A DNA stretch of 58,437 nucleotides, filler included, from Globobulimina sp. (lineage: Eukaryota): the NCBI GenBank assembly GCA_003354225.1. It is 9 parts of 9 records of this genome, joined end to end, with 100 filler letters (N's around TTAATTAATTAA, not from the genome) between each part and the next. Parts side by side here need not be neighbours in the genome. Positions count along the whole stretch, not along the records: positions 1 to 6,439 come from PIVH01000292.1; positions 6,540 to 12,972 come from PIVH01000293.1; 7 more parts are not named here. One strand, given 5' to 3'. The position numbers and the translations under genes were made by a program. The notes beneath the pieces are model-generated. The model was not told the DNA's origin. It made no database searches and saw only the letters and a list, made by a program, of their open reading frames with translations. This document shows, one piece after another, positions 1 to 10,286 of the stretch (within the stretch, counting starts at the first letter, position 1; every line of letters starts with the position of its first letter).

Positions 1-712
1 TCTTCTCGAAGTCTGCTTATCGTGAAATATTAAAATATAATATAATTTAATGTTTTCTACTTTCATAATTCATACCGCCCATAGATTCAAATACCAATGG
101 TTTATATTTGTAGCTCAGGTGATTTATACTGACGCCACTACGATATCTATAATAAACTCAAGTATTCAATATAAATCAATACCATTTTATTACTAATTAC
201 GACGGACGAACCCTATAATTTGGACATAATGATTCCATCCAATCACTGATTTTAACAGTTAATATCAGCATTTTACTCAATTAATTGCCAAATCACATTG
301 CAAATATTCAATTTGATTTAATTTGATTCATTACCGATTGACAAACATATGAACAAAAACAACGTAAAATAAATAAAACGTATACAATTTCAACAAAAAT
401 AAATCTTGAATATGCATTTTATATACAATTACCATATTAACCCAAATTGCAATTAATTCTGATACAAATGCTTAGTCTCTCTGTCTCTACAAAGGCAACC
501 AACGTCAACTAAAACATAGTCACCATCTCGATCATACAACACAGTCATTACAAATAAATGCTACATTTATTTAATACAACAATATCCATTATTAATATAT
601 TATAGATATTACAAATTCAGCATAATCAAACAATGTATTACGAATCAATATAATTATTATAAATAAATCACGAATTAGCATCAATTTGGATCAATATTGC
701 AATAAACGGATA

Positions 713-2071
713 TTACCATTCATGTATGTTAGGAATTTCACATTTTCTCGAAAAATCTGACAAAATCCATCCATTCTTCCTACATTTTTTCCTTGCCACC
801 TTCAATAATGTTTTTATATCAAACCTTGATGCTAAGTCAGGGATTTTATTTGCTTTTGAATTGACATAATCAATATATAAATTTACCGATTGTTCCACCG
901 CAAACATACAAAGCCACCTGACCCCATCTTGTAAGAATTCATCGTCTGAGTTTTTATTAATTATAACTGCCTCAACGTGTTTATTGTCTGTCTTTAATAA
1001 TATTTTTGTATGTGCTTTTATTAAATGTCTGAATGTAAACAATCCTATGATGATTGCTAACATTTCAAAGTGTGTAATTGCAAATTCTTTGACGTATTCT
1101 GTTCTTAACGATCTATAAACGTTTGTAAATTCATTCGGCAATGGAACTGCAAACCAATTGCCTTTGTACCAACAACCGATAGCCGGACACCATCCTAATT
1201 CACGACATCCATTCGTCGCCGCATCAAAATGTATTTCGTCCTCAGGGTATATTGGATCGACTATATCAAAAATTGATGCTTTATTTATAATTCGAATATA
1301 CTTTTTCCACCACAATAAATCCAAAATTTGCCACCTCTCTAATATAATTATTACATTTTTTCTTCCATATAACTCAATGTATTCATACAATTTATCTCTT
1401 AGTCTTTTTAGAAATGCCTTTCCCGGCCATTTCAGACAAGAGAAATCCTGTAATTTCCCTATAATTGATTCATATGTTTCTAATACAACCACCTGATTTA
1501 TCAAAGCTTCATTTATTAATTCTTCAATTTTTTCTATTTTATTTTCTTTCATTTGTACCAACATTTCATTCGTATTTATGTCATAACCAATTAATTCTAA
1601 AAGATCCTCTGGTCCCTCTCTCTTCTTTTTCTTTTCAATAAAACCTGCTTTTTTAATAAAACCACAGAACCGATCAAATATATCGTCTGCGACTGCTTGG
1701 GATGGAGGAAGAAATAACATATAGTCATCCACATAATTATTGACAATTCCTTTTAATAATTGTTTACAATCCATTTTTAGGTTTATTAATCTCCCAAAAA
1801 ACTCTTCCTTTTTAAACAATAAAAGTTCTTTATTTGATAAAATATCCATTGCTCTGTGTACATTAAAGGATAATAAATGCATCCCATCAAATAATAACCT
1901 ATTCACAAATGGTAATAATTTATTCATATTATTCTCTCCCAACCACCTTTTTACGCACAAACTATCCCATTCTAATAACAGTTTATTTTTATAAATATAA
2001 TCTATATTCTTTTTATTTATTTTCTCATTCATTCTTTTATTAAATTTTTTATGAAAGAATAATATGTTCTT
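713..2071 (-). CDS. RT C-terminal part (SAM-like insert, YVDD, thumb) + RNase H
   Basis: NNYVDDYMLF, LELIGY, LLWW, HFDAATNG, ITHFEMLAI, KTDNKHV, NKIPDLASR; frame is open from 2071. Confidence 0.88.
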   Translation of the reverse strand, partial: KNILFFHKKFNKRMNEKINKKNIDYIYKNKLLLEWDSLCVKRWLGENNMNKLLPFVNRLLFDGMHLLSFNVHRAMDILSNKELLLFKKEEFFGRLINLKMDCKQLLKGIVNNYVDDYMLFLPPSQAVADDIFDRFCGFIKKAGFIEKKKKREGPEDLLELIGYDINTNEMLVQMKENKIEKIEELINEALINQVVVLETYESIIGKLQDFSCLKWPGKAFLKRLRDKLYEYIELYGRKNVIIILERWQILDLLWWKKYIRIINKASIFDIVDPIYPEDEIHFDAATNGCRELGWCPAIGCWYKGNWFAVPLPNEFTNVYRSLRTEYVKEFAITHFEMLAIIIGLFTFRHLIKAHTKILLKTDNKHVEAVIINKNSDDEFLQDGVRWLCMFAVEQSVNLYIDYVNSKANKIPDLASRFDIKTLLKVARKKCRKNGWILSDFSRKCEIPNIHEW

Positions 2072-2873
2072 TTATACCTTCATTAATATCTTCTAATAAC
2101 TCTAAACCATTCAATTTTATATTAAAATATCTACAAATTAACTGCCCAACGTCTTGAGTATGTTTTGAACCAGATCTGGTTCCCCAGAAATCATAAAAAT
2201 CCGCCACCAATTTCCCATCAAATTTATATATACAATTTTCAGGTTCAGTTATTGCTAAATATAACTGCCTAAAAGCTGTCGCCAAATCTGTTTTGGCCAA
2301 TTTAAACCCTGGACCCCATATCAAATACATAATGTAACAATATTTGCAAATATCTACCAAATAAATCAATTCTATATGTGCTTTGTGGTCCGGTGTTAGC
2401 ATATTTAACGAGGGGTACTCTTCCGACCCTTTTGTACCATCTCTTATGATCCTATATTCATATATTTCCCCTGTAACTGGATCGACCACTTTCTCCCTCG
2501 TAAATAACGGAACGATACCATTTGGCTCTCCTAACCAACCCACCGCTTTTCCTATATTCATATTATGCGTCAAATCCATCGCAATCTCCATCCTGCTTTT
2601 TCTATCCATAGTCTTTTCTGAGTAAGTCTCTTGATTTAATTTTTTCTTTTCAGGATTATTAATACCTATTTTCCAACCAAACTCCAAATTATTCTTCATA
2701 ATAATACATCTAAAATGATATTTTACCTCTTCAGTATCACAACTTTCAATAAAAGGAAGAATAATTTGATACCAATACCATCTCTTTACATATAACTCTG
2801 AAACTTTATATTTTGAGTTTCTATATGCAATTCTAAATTGTTCCATTATTATTTTTTCATTTGCTATATACAA
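2049..2873 (-). CDS. Reverse transcriptase, N-terminal part (motifs up to B')
   Basis: YRIIRDG, SLN, KTDLATAFRQL, FWGTRSGS; continues into the next ORF via a +1 frameshift. Confidence 0.85.
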   Translation of the reverse strand: MYIANEKIIMEQFRIAYRNSKYKVSELYVKRWYWYQIILPFIESCDTEEVKYHFRCIIMKNNLEFGWKIGINNPEKKKLNQETYSEKTMDRKSRMEIAMDLTHNMNIGKAVGWLGEPNGIVPLFTREKVVDPVTGEIYEYRIIRDGTKGSEEYPSLNMLTPDHKAHIELIYLVDICKYCYIMYLIWGPGFKLAKTDLATAFRQLYLAITEPENCIYKFDGKLVADFYDFWGTRSGSKHTQDVGQLICRYFNIKLNGLELLEDINEGIKEHIILS

Positions 2874-3424
2874 ATAAATGAAATATATTTTTTAATATAT
2901 ATCTATTCCACCACCACATATGTTATACTGTTTCATGTAGAATTTCGCCATAATTCTTTAAAATACATCTCGTATTTCGCAACCAGTTCAATTTTATATC
3001 TATTTTGCAACCAAACCAATTCTCTTCCTTTTTAAACTAAAACACCTTTTTAATAAAAAGTGTGACTAAACGAAGAGTGGCAAGGTAAACAAACACATTT
3101 TTTCTGTGCAACTCATTGTATTTTGAATATAAACAATACAAACGGAGTTAAAGTTTACTGCAGAAAATAAAATCATATTTTAAAACTACCCCTTTTTCTT
3201 TTTTACACAGGTAAACGTATTTAAATTATTATATCATTAATCTTATTATAAATTAATCAAATATAAATAATAAATTTGCATCCTTTCATCATTATTATAT
3301 TTAATACAAAAACCAACAACATCTCAATAATAATCACAATAAATGCCAATATATTAAATATAACAGTATTTATAATAACATTTATGTCCATTTTATTAAA
3401 TATAGGATTATTTTCAAAATATAT

Positions 3425-4696
3425 CTATGATCCACGACCTGCAAAACGTTTTGTTTGCGCATTGGGACATTCATACGCAGTGTGTTCATTCGCTAAACCA
3501 CACCTCTCGCAATAATGCGGATAGCCACATAATAAGAAATTATGCCTAAAGTTACAACGTTGTTGCCTTTCTTTCCAAAAATAGCACGCCGGGTCACCAT
3601 AATAACACTTTTTAATGAAATAATTTCCATTATTCAACTCATATAAATCTTCACCTCTCCGCTCTCTCTTTGGCCCCCTATTACGCTGTGGCGCCGACGT
3701 ATTGTTATCCCGATCATATCTGACTTTCTTCGGCGGCGAAAAATACGGAGTCCGACTATACGATGATTGAATTGATGGCGATTCTCTCTCATAATGATTC
3801 CTATCATTCTTCTCTCTCAATCTCTTTTTTAACTTTTTATTATTCCTTACCAAATTTTTATTGTGTTTTTTAATATTTTTGGGACAGTTCCTCATGAAAT
3901 GTGGTCCCTGACAGTTATAACATTTTAAACCACCAACATTATTTCCAACATTATTTCCATCATTTTTCCCCCTGTCATCCACCATATTTTTCATATTTAT
4001 ATCATTACTCTGCAGGTCCAGCCAACCATTCACATTCCCAACATACAAAACCTTACATTCATCCGGTAAGTTTTCAATCGCATACAACAACTTATCGTCC
4101 GAACTACAATATTGCTTCCATGAATGTGTGAAATCGGATGTTTTCCAACTAACTATACCATCATCCTCCATATCTCTCCATCTATTTACATAAAATGCAA
4201 TTGATGTAACTTGCCAAAATTTATTCGCCGTTACCATTTTATCATTAACCATTGTAAATAACTGCGTTTTTGCGAATATTCTCATTTCATTTATATTCCT
4301 AATGATTAAAGAATATACTTGATTATATTTCACGTCTTTCGTCGAATATGACAATATCGCATCAATCGCCCTCAACGTGATTGTACTCCATAACGTATAA
4401 AAATTTATCTTCGCATTAATAAATTTTTTCAATGCCAATTTTATATTCGCTCCCCAATTTAAATGGATCTTCCAATTTTTAACCCACATAAACTTAATCA
4501 AATAAAAGACATCGCCATATCCATAAACCAAAAAATGTATAAACTCTTTTAATGCAATTGTTAATTCAGTTTGTTTTAATAGATTAATACCATCATTTTT
4601 ATTAATTCTATCATTCAACATTTCTCCTAAACATACAAATAACATAAACATACAAACAACAAATAAAATATTCATGTACAGATTATAACCAATCAA
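3425..4696 (-). CDS. Gag-like protein with a CCHC zinc knuckle and a C-terminal C3H/CCHC cluster
   Basis: KCYNCQGPHFMRNC knuckle; C-terminal CYFW..C..CGYPHYCERCG..HTAYEC, typical of DIRS-group gag. The true start is probably after an acceptor near 4627. Confidence 0.8.
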   Translation of the reverse strand: MIGYNLYMNILFVVCMFMLFVCLGEMLNDRINKNDGINLLKQTELTIALKEFIHFLVYGYGDVFYLIKFMWVKNWKIHLNWGANIKLALKKFINAKINFYTLWSTITLRAIDAILSYSTKDVKYNQVYSLIIRNINEMRIFAKTQLFTMVNDKMVTANKFWQVTSIAFYVNRWRDMEDDGIVSWKTSDFTHSWKQYCSSDDKLLYAIENLPDECKVLYVGNVNGWLDLQSNDINMKNMVDDRGKNDGNNVGNNVGGLKCYNCQGPHFMRNCPKNIKKHNKNLVRNNKKLKKRLREKNDRNHYERESPSIQSSYSRTPYFSPPKKVRYDRDNNTSAPQRNRGPKRERRGEDLYELNNGNYFIKKCYYGDPACYFWKERQQRCNFRHNFLLCGYPHYCERCGLANEHTAYECPNAQTKRFAGRGS

Positions 4697-4973
4697 ACTA
4701 TTTTAATAAAATATGATAAATTTATTTAAAACCAATAAATATAACCACCTCTTTCAAACATATACGTACAGTCTCATATGTGGTGTAAATAAAAATTACT
4801 ATTAATAATTCTTATTGGCGTAATAACAAAGTTTATAATGTGAAACCTCTCATCATCATAACACTTAAAACAATATGACCAACAAACACAATGCACGCTT
4901 GCATTGGAAACACAGTTTTTTGATTGTCGGACAGGGAAAGCGTTTTAGTACCAAAAATTTTTAAAAATAAAAA

Positions 4974-6215
4974 CTAAAAAATAAACAAAAGAAGGGGTAT
5001 ATGATACATACTCGTTGCAATGTGTATCATCGCATTCCGCGTATCAATTGGCGTTAAATGCGGTTTTCTTAATATATCCCACATATTACTGGTACTTTCC
5101 AGCATTAATTCATTCACCGCACCCATTGATCCTTTTGGACCAAATACCTTTTTAAGATGCTCAATATCATCCAACGATGGTTTATATTTATTATTTTTAT
5201 TACCTAATCCTCGACCATTTGCATAATTTTGTATATCGGCCATCGTATTCATTTGATATTGCTGCGCCTTACTGTCTCTAATCTTTTTTTCTAATCTATT
5301 TATATATGATTTTAACGTGTCGGCGTTATCCTGGTCGAAATCCTGACCATCCTTCAAAATATCATCAATCTCCGCTCTCGTTACCTCCTCAACATCACCT
5401 TCTTCGTTATCCGTCTTCACCTCACCACCTCCAACACTTCTAACAGCACTTCTTACTCTGGCGGGTGTTGTAGATGCCTCTTCATCGGAATCCTTAGCCT
5501 TCGGCTTCGGCACATTAAACGCTTCAAACTGCGTATTCACCCCACCTTGAAATGCCTGAAATGCTGCCGCCGCAAAACTAGACAATTCTGACTGTGTAAA
5601 TATGTTATTAATATCTGCTGGTTTTAAATTCGATGCTTTTCCTTTAAACACATCCTTCGAATTTAATCCCAACGACAGTGCTTCCATCACCTTCGAAAAA
5701 TTACGCCGTAATTCAATGATAGTCTCCACCTCTTCAGCCACCAAACCGTAGTTCTCCAACCTATTATAATCTACATCCCTAAACGTCAAATCATTGTCGT
5801 CCTCCTCTAATTTGATCGCTATTTTCTTGTAAAGAGTGTCCCACAAATCTCTCAATGTTAACAATACATTGAACTCTAAACAACTTAATACTTCTTTGAA
5901 TAATATGGTCATCAAAGTGGCCAACTTTTGTTTACGTGTTGGCTCACTTAATCTATTAATATCAAACGATGTAAATAATATTCTATATATTTCCGTAACA
6001 CATTCAAATTCCACACCAATCATCATTGTTGCATTTGCATCTGCAACGATCGCCATATTCCTATCCGCCGATTTATTAAAGGCTACGTTCCATGCGTATC
6101 CCGGAAATAGTAACAACGTCGAATTGAGCCAATCATTCAAATCTCTTATTTTTAAACCTTTCTGCATTGCCGTAGCTTTTTCTTTTGAAATGCTACCAAT
6201 TAAATTCAAAGCCAT
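4974..6215 (-). CDS. Retroelement 1 ORF1 (helical, gag-like N-terminal part; possibly spliced to the next ORF)
   Basis: 413-aa ORF directly upstream of the zinc-knuckle ORF; candidate donor A|GTATGT at 5011. Confidence 0.55.
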   Translation of the reverse strand: MALNLIGSISKEKATAMQKGLKIRDLNDWLNSTLLLFPGYAWNVAFNKSADRNMAIVADANATMMIGVEFECVTEIYRILFTSFDINRLSEPTRKQKLATLMTILFKEVLSCLEFNVLLTLRDLWDTLYKKIAIKLEEDDNDLTFRDVDYNRLENYGLVAEEVETIIELRRNFSKVMEALSLGLNSKDVFKGKASNLKPADINNIFTQSELSSFAAAAFQAFQGGVNTQFEAFNVPKPKAKDSDEEASTTPARVRSAVRSVGGGEVKTDNEEGDVEEVTRAEIDDILKDGQDFDQDNADTLKSYINRLEKKIRDSKAQQYQMNTMADIQNYANGRGLGNKNNKYKPSLDDIEHLKKVFGPKGSMGAVNELMLESTSNMWDILRKPHLTPIDTRNAMIHIATSMYHIPLLLFIF

Positions 6216-6439
6216 ACCGATTTATACGTTGTTATCTCTACAATCTAACGAAACGTACAAACAATTCTAAATTATTTACGACTTATCTATGCAATGCCTT
6301 GTTCTTTTTCTCGCTCACGACTTTGTGCAAGGAAAAAGAAAGAAAGAATTCAAAACACAAAAAACAAAAACACTTTCAGTCAGTCACTTAAATTATCTTT
6401 AAATTAAATGAAACATTCGTCGCTTACACAACGTTCTGT

Positions 6440-6539
6440 NNNNNNNNNNNNNNNNNNNNNNNNNNNNNNNNNNNNNNNNNNNNTTAATTAATTAANNNNN
6501 NNNNNNNNNNNNNNNNNNNNNNNNNNNNNNNNNNNNNNN
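6440..6539. other. Artificial contig spacer (N run + TTAATTAATTAA + N run). The same spacer occurs at 12973-13072, 19505-19604, 26017-26116, 32528-32627, 39019-39118, 45495-45594 and 51968-52067.
   Basis: Identical 100-nt block with a six-frame stop linker; the flanking contigs decrease monotonically in length. Confidence 0.99.
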
Positions 6540-6760
6540 AAGGATTAAAATATAAATGTATAAATAAAATGATTCGTGATATTTCGGTCGATAATTTTGT
6601 TGATGTCATCGGCATTTTTGATAAATACGCAATTAAAGATGGTTATAATACATTGCTTGAATTTGCAAAGACAAATCTTGATCAACTAAAACAAGTTCGT
6701 AATTTTGATCAATTATCCCATACATTTAAAATGGTTGTGTTGGGTTTAGGAAACAATTAA
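6540..6760 (+). CDS. 3' end of a BTB/BACK-like protein (partial)
   Basis: ISVDNFVDVIGIFDKY...LLEFAKTN resembles the post-BTB BACK helices; truncated at the contig start. Confidence 0.5.
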
Positions 6761-7016
6761 GATTGATTTGTGCGCAGTAACTTAATTCTGTCTCCTTTTG
6801 CTTTGTCAGATAGTAATTATTAAACTATCATTCATTCATTGTCCGCTTTATACCACGGGCATGTACAAAAAGATCGGATTCTAACTCCTGTTGCTTTGTA
6901 CATATATATATATATCGGAATTAAACGACAGTTATACTATGGACATAACGAGTATTGAATAAATATTATAATAATTCAAAAAAGCTAAAAACATTATAAC
7001 ACAAACATTTAATTGG

Positions 7017-8306
7017 TTATTTAGCCCATGGCGCTTTAGTAACAGGTGAATCGTCATTATCATTGTCATTTTTACTGTTATTATTTAAATTATTTCGTTT
7101 TTGTGCTTGTGTTTGTTTACTTTGTTGCTTGTATTTACCTCCAACAAATTTTGGATTTTTAGCATTCAACTTATTAATTAAAGCTTGCTTCCTTTTTAAG
7201 ATTTGTTGTTGTTCATCATTCATTTTATTATTCCTACCTATCAGTGGCAACTCAATCGATAATACCGAACCAAACAAGAAATGTTGAACCACGGGCAATT
7301 TCTTCAAGACATCATCTTGATACATTTTCAATAATCCATTCTTCACTTTAAACCAAAACGGAACCGCAGAAATATCAAATAATAGCGGGGAATGTTCATG
7401 AAATGGTCCAGTTTTCATCTTTAATATAAATTGAATGGAGGATAAATATAAGTATTCATTGGCGTATTTATTCAATACGTCCTGATTCAAGATATCCTTT
7501 GGTTTGATATTATTTTTATTTTCAATCAACTGCGCTGCGCCAAAGAAGAATGGCAAAAACTGATAATCGTCCAAGCCCCAAACCCCTTTCGTTCCCGCGG
7601 GTTCTAAGGCATATTTGGTCTGGATTTTACGCATTAAATTTAAATATTTATCAAAGATTAATAAAATAATCGAGCCATAATCGTTATGACGGAACACTCT
7701 CAACTCTGTCAATATTAATAGAAAACAAATAAATGTTAGTTCGTGACCGGTGCCATAATCGATGCGCGTGATATCGCCAAAGGAATGTATCAAATAACCA
7801 TCCAATTCGTCAATGATCGCTTGTTTTAACTGGTTATTGTTCCAGGACTCTGGCAATAATTTGTTAATAAATGCTTTAGATTGAGAAGCTATCCGTTTAT
7901 GCCATATTCGATATGCTTTGTTGCCATATCTGGACTGGATTTGTAGTGGTTCGATGGCATCACAATCGCTCGAAAACGCATCCAACATTTCCAAACATTT
8001 CAGGGTCGTGCTTGATTTATGAACGTTAGAGGACAGTTTCCGTTGTTTTACAGAATCTGATAAATCGTTCAAAAATTTGATCAATTTGGTATACGTGGGG
8101 GAGCTTAAAAATTTACCAATGTCTGAATGATGTGTGATTCGTTTTGTTGGTGATTCAAATTTATGATTTTTGAAAAATGATAACGGGAAAAATTCTTCCT
8201 CGAGTTTTGCCTTTTCGGTGCTGTCTGCGGTTTTGGTGTCGTCTTTGGATTCAGTGGTTGTGCTGGGTGTTGCTGCTTCGTTTTTAGTTTGATCTAACGA
8301 AGCCAT
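7017..8306 (-). CDS. PTPA: Serine/threonine-protein phosphatase 2A activator (PTPA/Rrd family)
   Basis: Signature motifs RYGNKAYR, RIDYGTGHE, LEPAGTKGVWGLDDYQFLPF, FHEHSPLLFDIS, KLPVVQHFLFGS. Confidence 0.96.
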   Translation of the reverse strand: MASLDQTKNEAATPSTTTESKDDTKTADSTEKAKLEEEFFPLSFFKNHKFESPTKRITHHSDIGKFLSSPTYTKLIKFLNDLSDSVKQRKLSSNVHKSSTTLKCLEMLDAFSSDCDAIEPLQIQSRYGNKAYRIWHKRIASQSKAFINKLLPESWNNNQLKQAIIDELDGYLIHSFGDITRIDYGTGHELTFICFLLILTELRVFRHNDYGSIILLIFDKYLNLMRKIQTKYALEPAGTKGVWGLDDYQFLPFFFGAAQLIENKNNIKPKDILNQDVLNKYANEYLYLSSIQFILKMKTGPFHEHSPLLFDISAVPFWFKVKNGLLKMYQDDVLKKLPVVQHFLFGSVLSIELPLIGRNNKMNDEQQQILKRKQALINKLNAKNPKFVGGKYKQQSKQTQAQKRNNLNNNSKNDNDNDDSPVTKAPWAK

Positions 8307-8342
8307 GCTAAATCTGAATTTCTAAAAACCTTCACAAAAAGC

Positions 8343-10286
8343 ATGGCCTTAGCTCGATTCCTTTGCGCCTTCATTACATTCCAAACCATCATATCCGACG
8401 AAGCAAATCACGAGTACGAGGATGGAGAAAGTATAACAGTTTGGGTGAATAAAGTAGGTCCATTCAACAACCCAACCGAAACCTATCCTTATTTCAAATC
8501 TCATGTACCATTTTGCAACAAAGCAGAAGAAGTCAGCGCCAAACATCACGAAATCCATTATTCCAAATTCGATGGATTAGGCTCATTGCTCGAAGTTATC
8601 CTTGCACACAAACCCACACATCATAACACTCAAAAAAACACACACAAACAGGGCAATAATTTGGTTCATTCGGGCATCCCAATCAAATTCAAGCAAAACC
8701 AGGACAAACAGACCGATTGCACCATGAAATTGGACAAAAAACGCGCGTCCGCCTTAGCCGACGCCATCTTAAACAAATATTGGTACCAAATGTTCATCGA
8801 CGACTTGCCGGTCTGGGGCATGGTCGGCGAATACTTGCCTTTGTCCGCAGAGACCGCGGGCCATCACCACGATAACTTACAGCATGTCTTCGACGAACAA
8901 TTCGATTACGACCAGTTGACCGGCAAACACATCGCGACCTATCCCCACGTATTCACGCACAAATCCTTCAGCTTATCGTACAACAACAACCGCGTGATCG
9001 AGATCAACCTGACCAGCGAGGATCCCATCTTAGTGACCCTCAACAAGGACGAGGCGCAGTTAATATCCATGACGTACAGCATCGAGTGGCAATACGACGA
9101 TTCCATTGAGTTTCGCGACCGCTTTGACCGCTATTTGGATTTCGAATTCTTCGAGCACCAAATCCATTGGTTTGCGCTCTGGAACTCCTTCATGTTAGTT
9201 ATTTTTTTGGTGGGTATGGTGTCGATGGTGGTCTTACGTGCATTGAAGAAGGATTACGAACGCATTCAGGACAAACATACGCACGGCGATGACTATGAAG
9301 CGTTTTCGGAGGAAACCGGCTGGAAAAAGTTGCACGGCGATGTCTTTCGGACACCGGAGCGCTTGCCGCTGTTCTCCGCCATCATAGGCACTGGCTACCA
9401 GATCTACACTGGCACGCTGTTGGTGATATTGTTGGCCATCGCAGGGCGGGCCTACGACACTCGGGGTACCATTATCACTTCGTGTGTGACTACGTACGCA
9501 GTGACGGCATTGGTGAGCGGCTACTTTTCGAGCCAGGCCTTCTTGACGTATTGCAAAGGCAAGAAAGAAAATCCTGGCTGGAAATTGGCGATGATGTTAA
9601 CCGGCTTAATCTTCCCCAGCATTGGCTTTCTGGTGACGTTCTGCTTGAATTTGCTGAGTGTGTCGTATGCAGCGACCAACGCAGTGTCGTTTGGTACGTA
9701 TTGCGTGATGATATTGATCTGGCTCTTTAGTTTGGTGTTGCTATTCATCGGGACGTTGGTGGGGCGGTCCACGTTCGTGTTCAATAAGCCTCCGTCGGCG
9801 GTGAATGCCAATTTCATCCATCCGATACCGACGGACCGTGCATGGTATATGAACCCGTATGTTTTTTGTATATTGGTCGGCGTTTTGCCGTTTGGTTCGA
9901 TTTTTATTGAGATGTATTATATATTTAATTCGTTTTGGAACTATAAGTTTTATTATGTGTATGGCTTCATGTTGTTGGTGTTTATTATATTGACCGTTGT
10001 GACGGCCTGTGTCACCATTGTGAGTACGTATATTTTGTTGAATGCGGAGGACCGGCGCTGGAAATGGTTGTCGATATTTAGTGGCGGCTCCACGGCGTTG
10101 TATGTGTTTGCTTATTCTACCTTTTATTTTGTGACAAAAACGCAAATGACGGGGATGTTTCAAACGTCGTTTTATTTTGGATATATGTTTTTATTTTCGT
10201 TGACTATTTTTTTTATGTGTTCTACGATCGGATATGTGGCCACTTCGATATTTGTGAGGAGAATCTATACTGATAAATTTGACTGA
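8343..10286 (+). CDS. TM9SF3: Transmembrane 9 superfamily (nonaspanin/EMP70) protein, TM9SF3-like; probable intron at 8595-8651
   Basis: Signal peptide, VNKVGPFNNPTETY, MFIDDLPVWG, EHQIHWF, ETGWKKLHGDVFR, nine TM segments, FWNYKFYYVYGF. Confidence 0.93.
   Translation: MALARFLCAFITFQTIISDEANHEYEDGESITVWVNKVGPFNNPTETYPYFKSHVPFCNKAEEVSAKHHEIHYSKFDGLGSLLEVILAHKPTHHNTQKNTHKQGNNLVHSGIPIKFKQNQDKQTDCTMKLDKKRASALADAILNKYWYQMFIDDLPVWGMVGEYLPLSAETAGHHHDNLQHVFDEQFDYDQLTGKHIATYPHVFTHKSFSLSYNNNRVIEINLTSEDPILVTLNKDEAQLISMTYSIEWQYDDSIEFRDRFDRYLDFEFFEHQIHWFALWNSFMLVIFLVGMVSMVVLRALKKDYERIQDKHTHGDDYEAFSEETGWKKLHGDVFRTPERLPLFSAIIGTGYQIYTGTLLVILLAIAGRAYDTRGTIITSCVTTYAVTALVSGYFSSQAFLTYCKGKKENPGWKLAMMLTGLIFPSIGFLVTFCLNLLSVSYAATNAVSFGTYCVMILIWLFSLVLLFIGTLVGRSTFVFNKPPSAVNANFIHPIPTDRAWYMNPYVFCILVGVLPFGSIFIEMYYIFNSFWNYKFYYVYGFMLLVFIILTVVTACVTIVSTYILLNAEDRRWKWLSIFSGGSTALYVFAYSTFYFVTKTQMTGMFQTSFYFGYMFLFSLTIFFMCSTIGYVATSIFVRRIYTDKFD

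Larger units (their letters stand above)
713..6215 (-). mobile_element. DIRS/Ngaro-like retroelement 1 (gag-like ORFs + RT-RNase H); termini not defined
   Basis: Co-oriented ORFs with Cys/His knuckles, followed by RT motifs (KTDLATAFRQL, FWGTRSGS, YVDD) and a DIRS-type RNase H (DAAT, HFEMLA, TDN, NKIPDLASR). Confidence 0.85.

Noticed and set aside
2034-2077. 44-nt GT-AG intron as the fix for the RT frame break
   Set aside because: Splicing it gives GAA TGA, an immediate stop; a single-base indel explains the break better.
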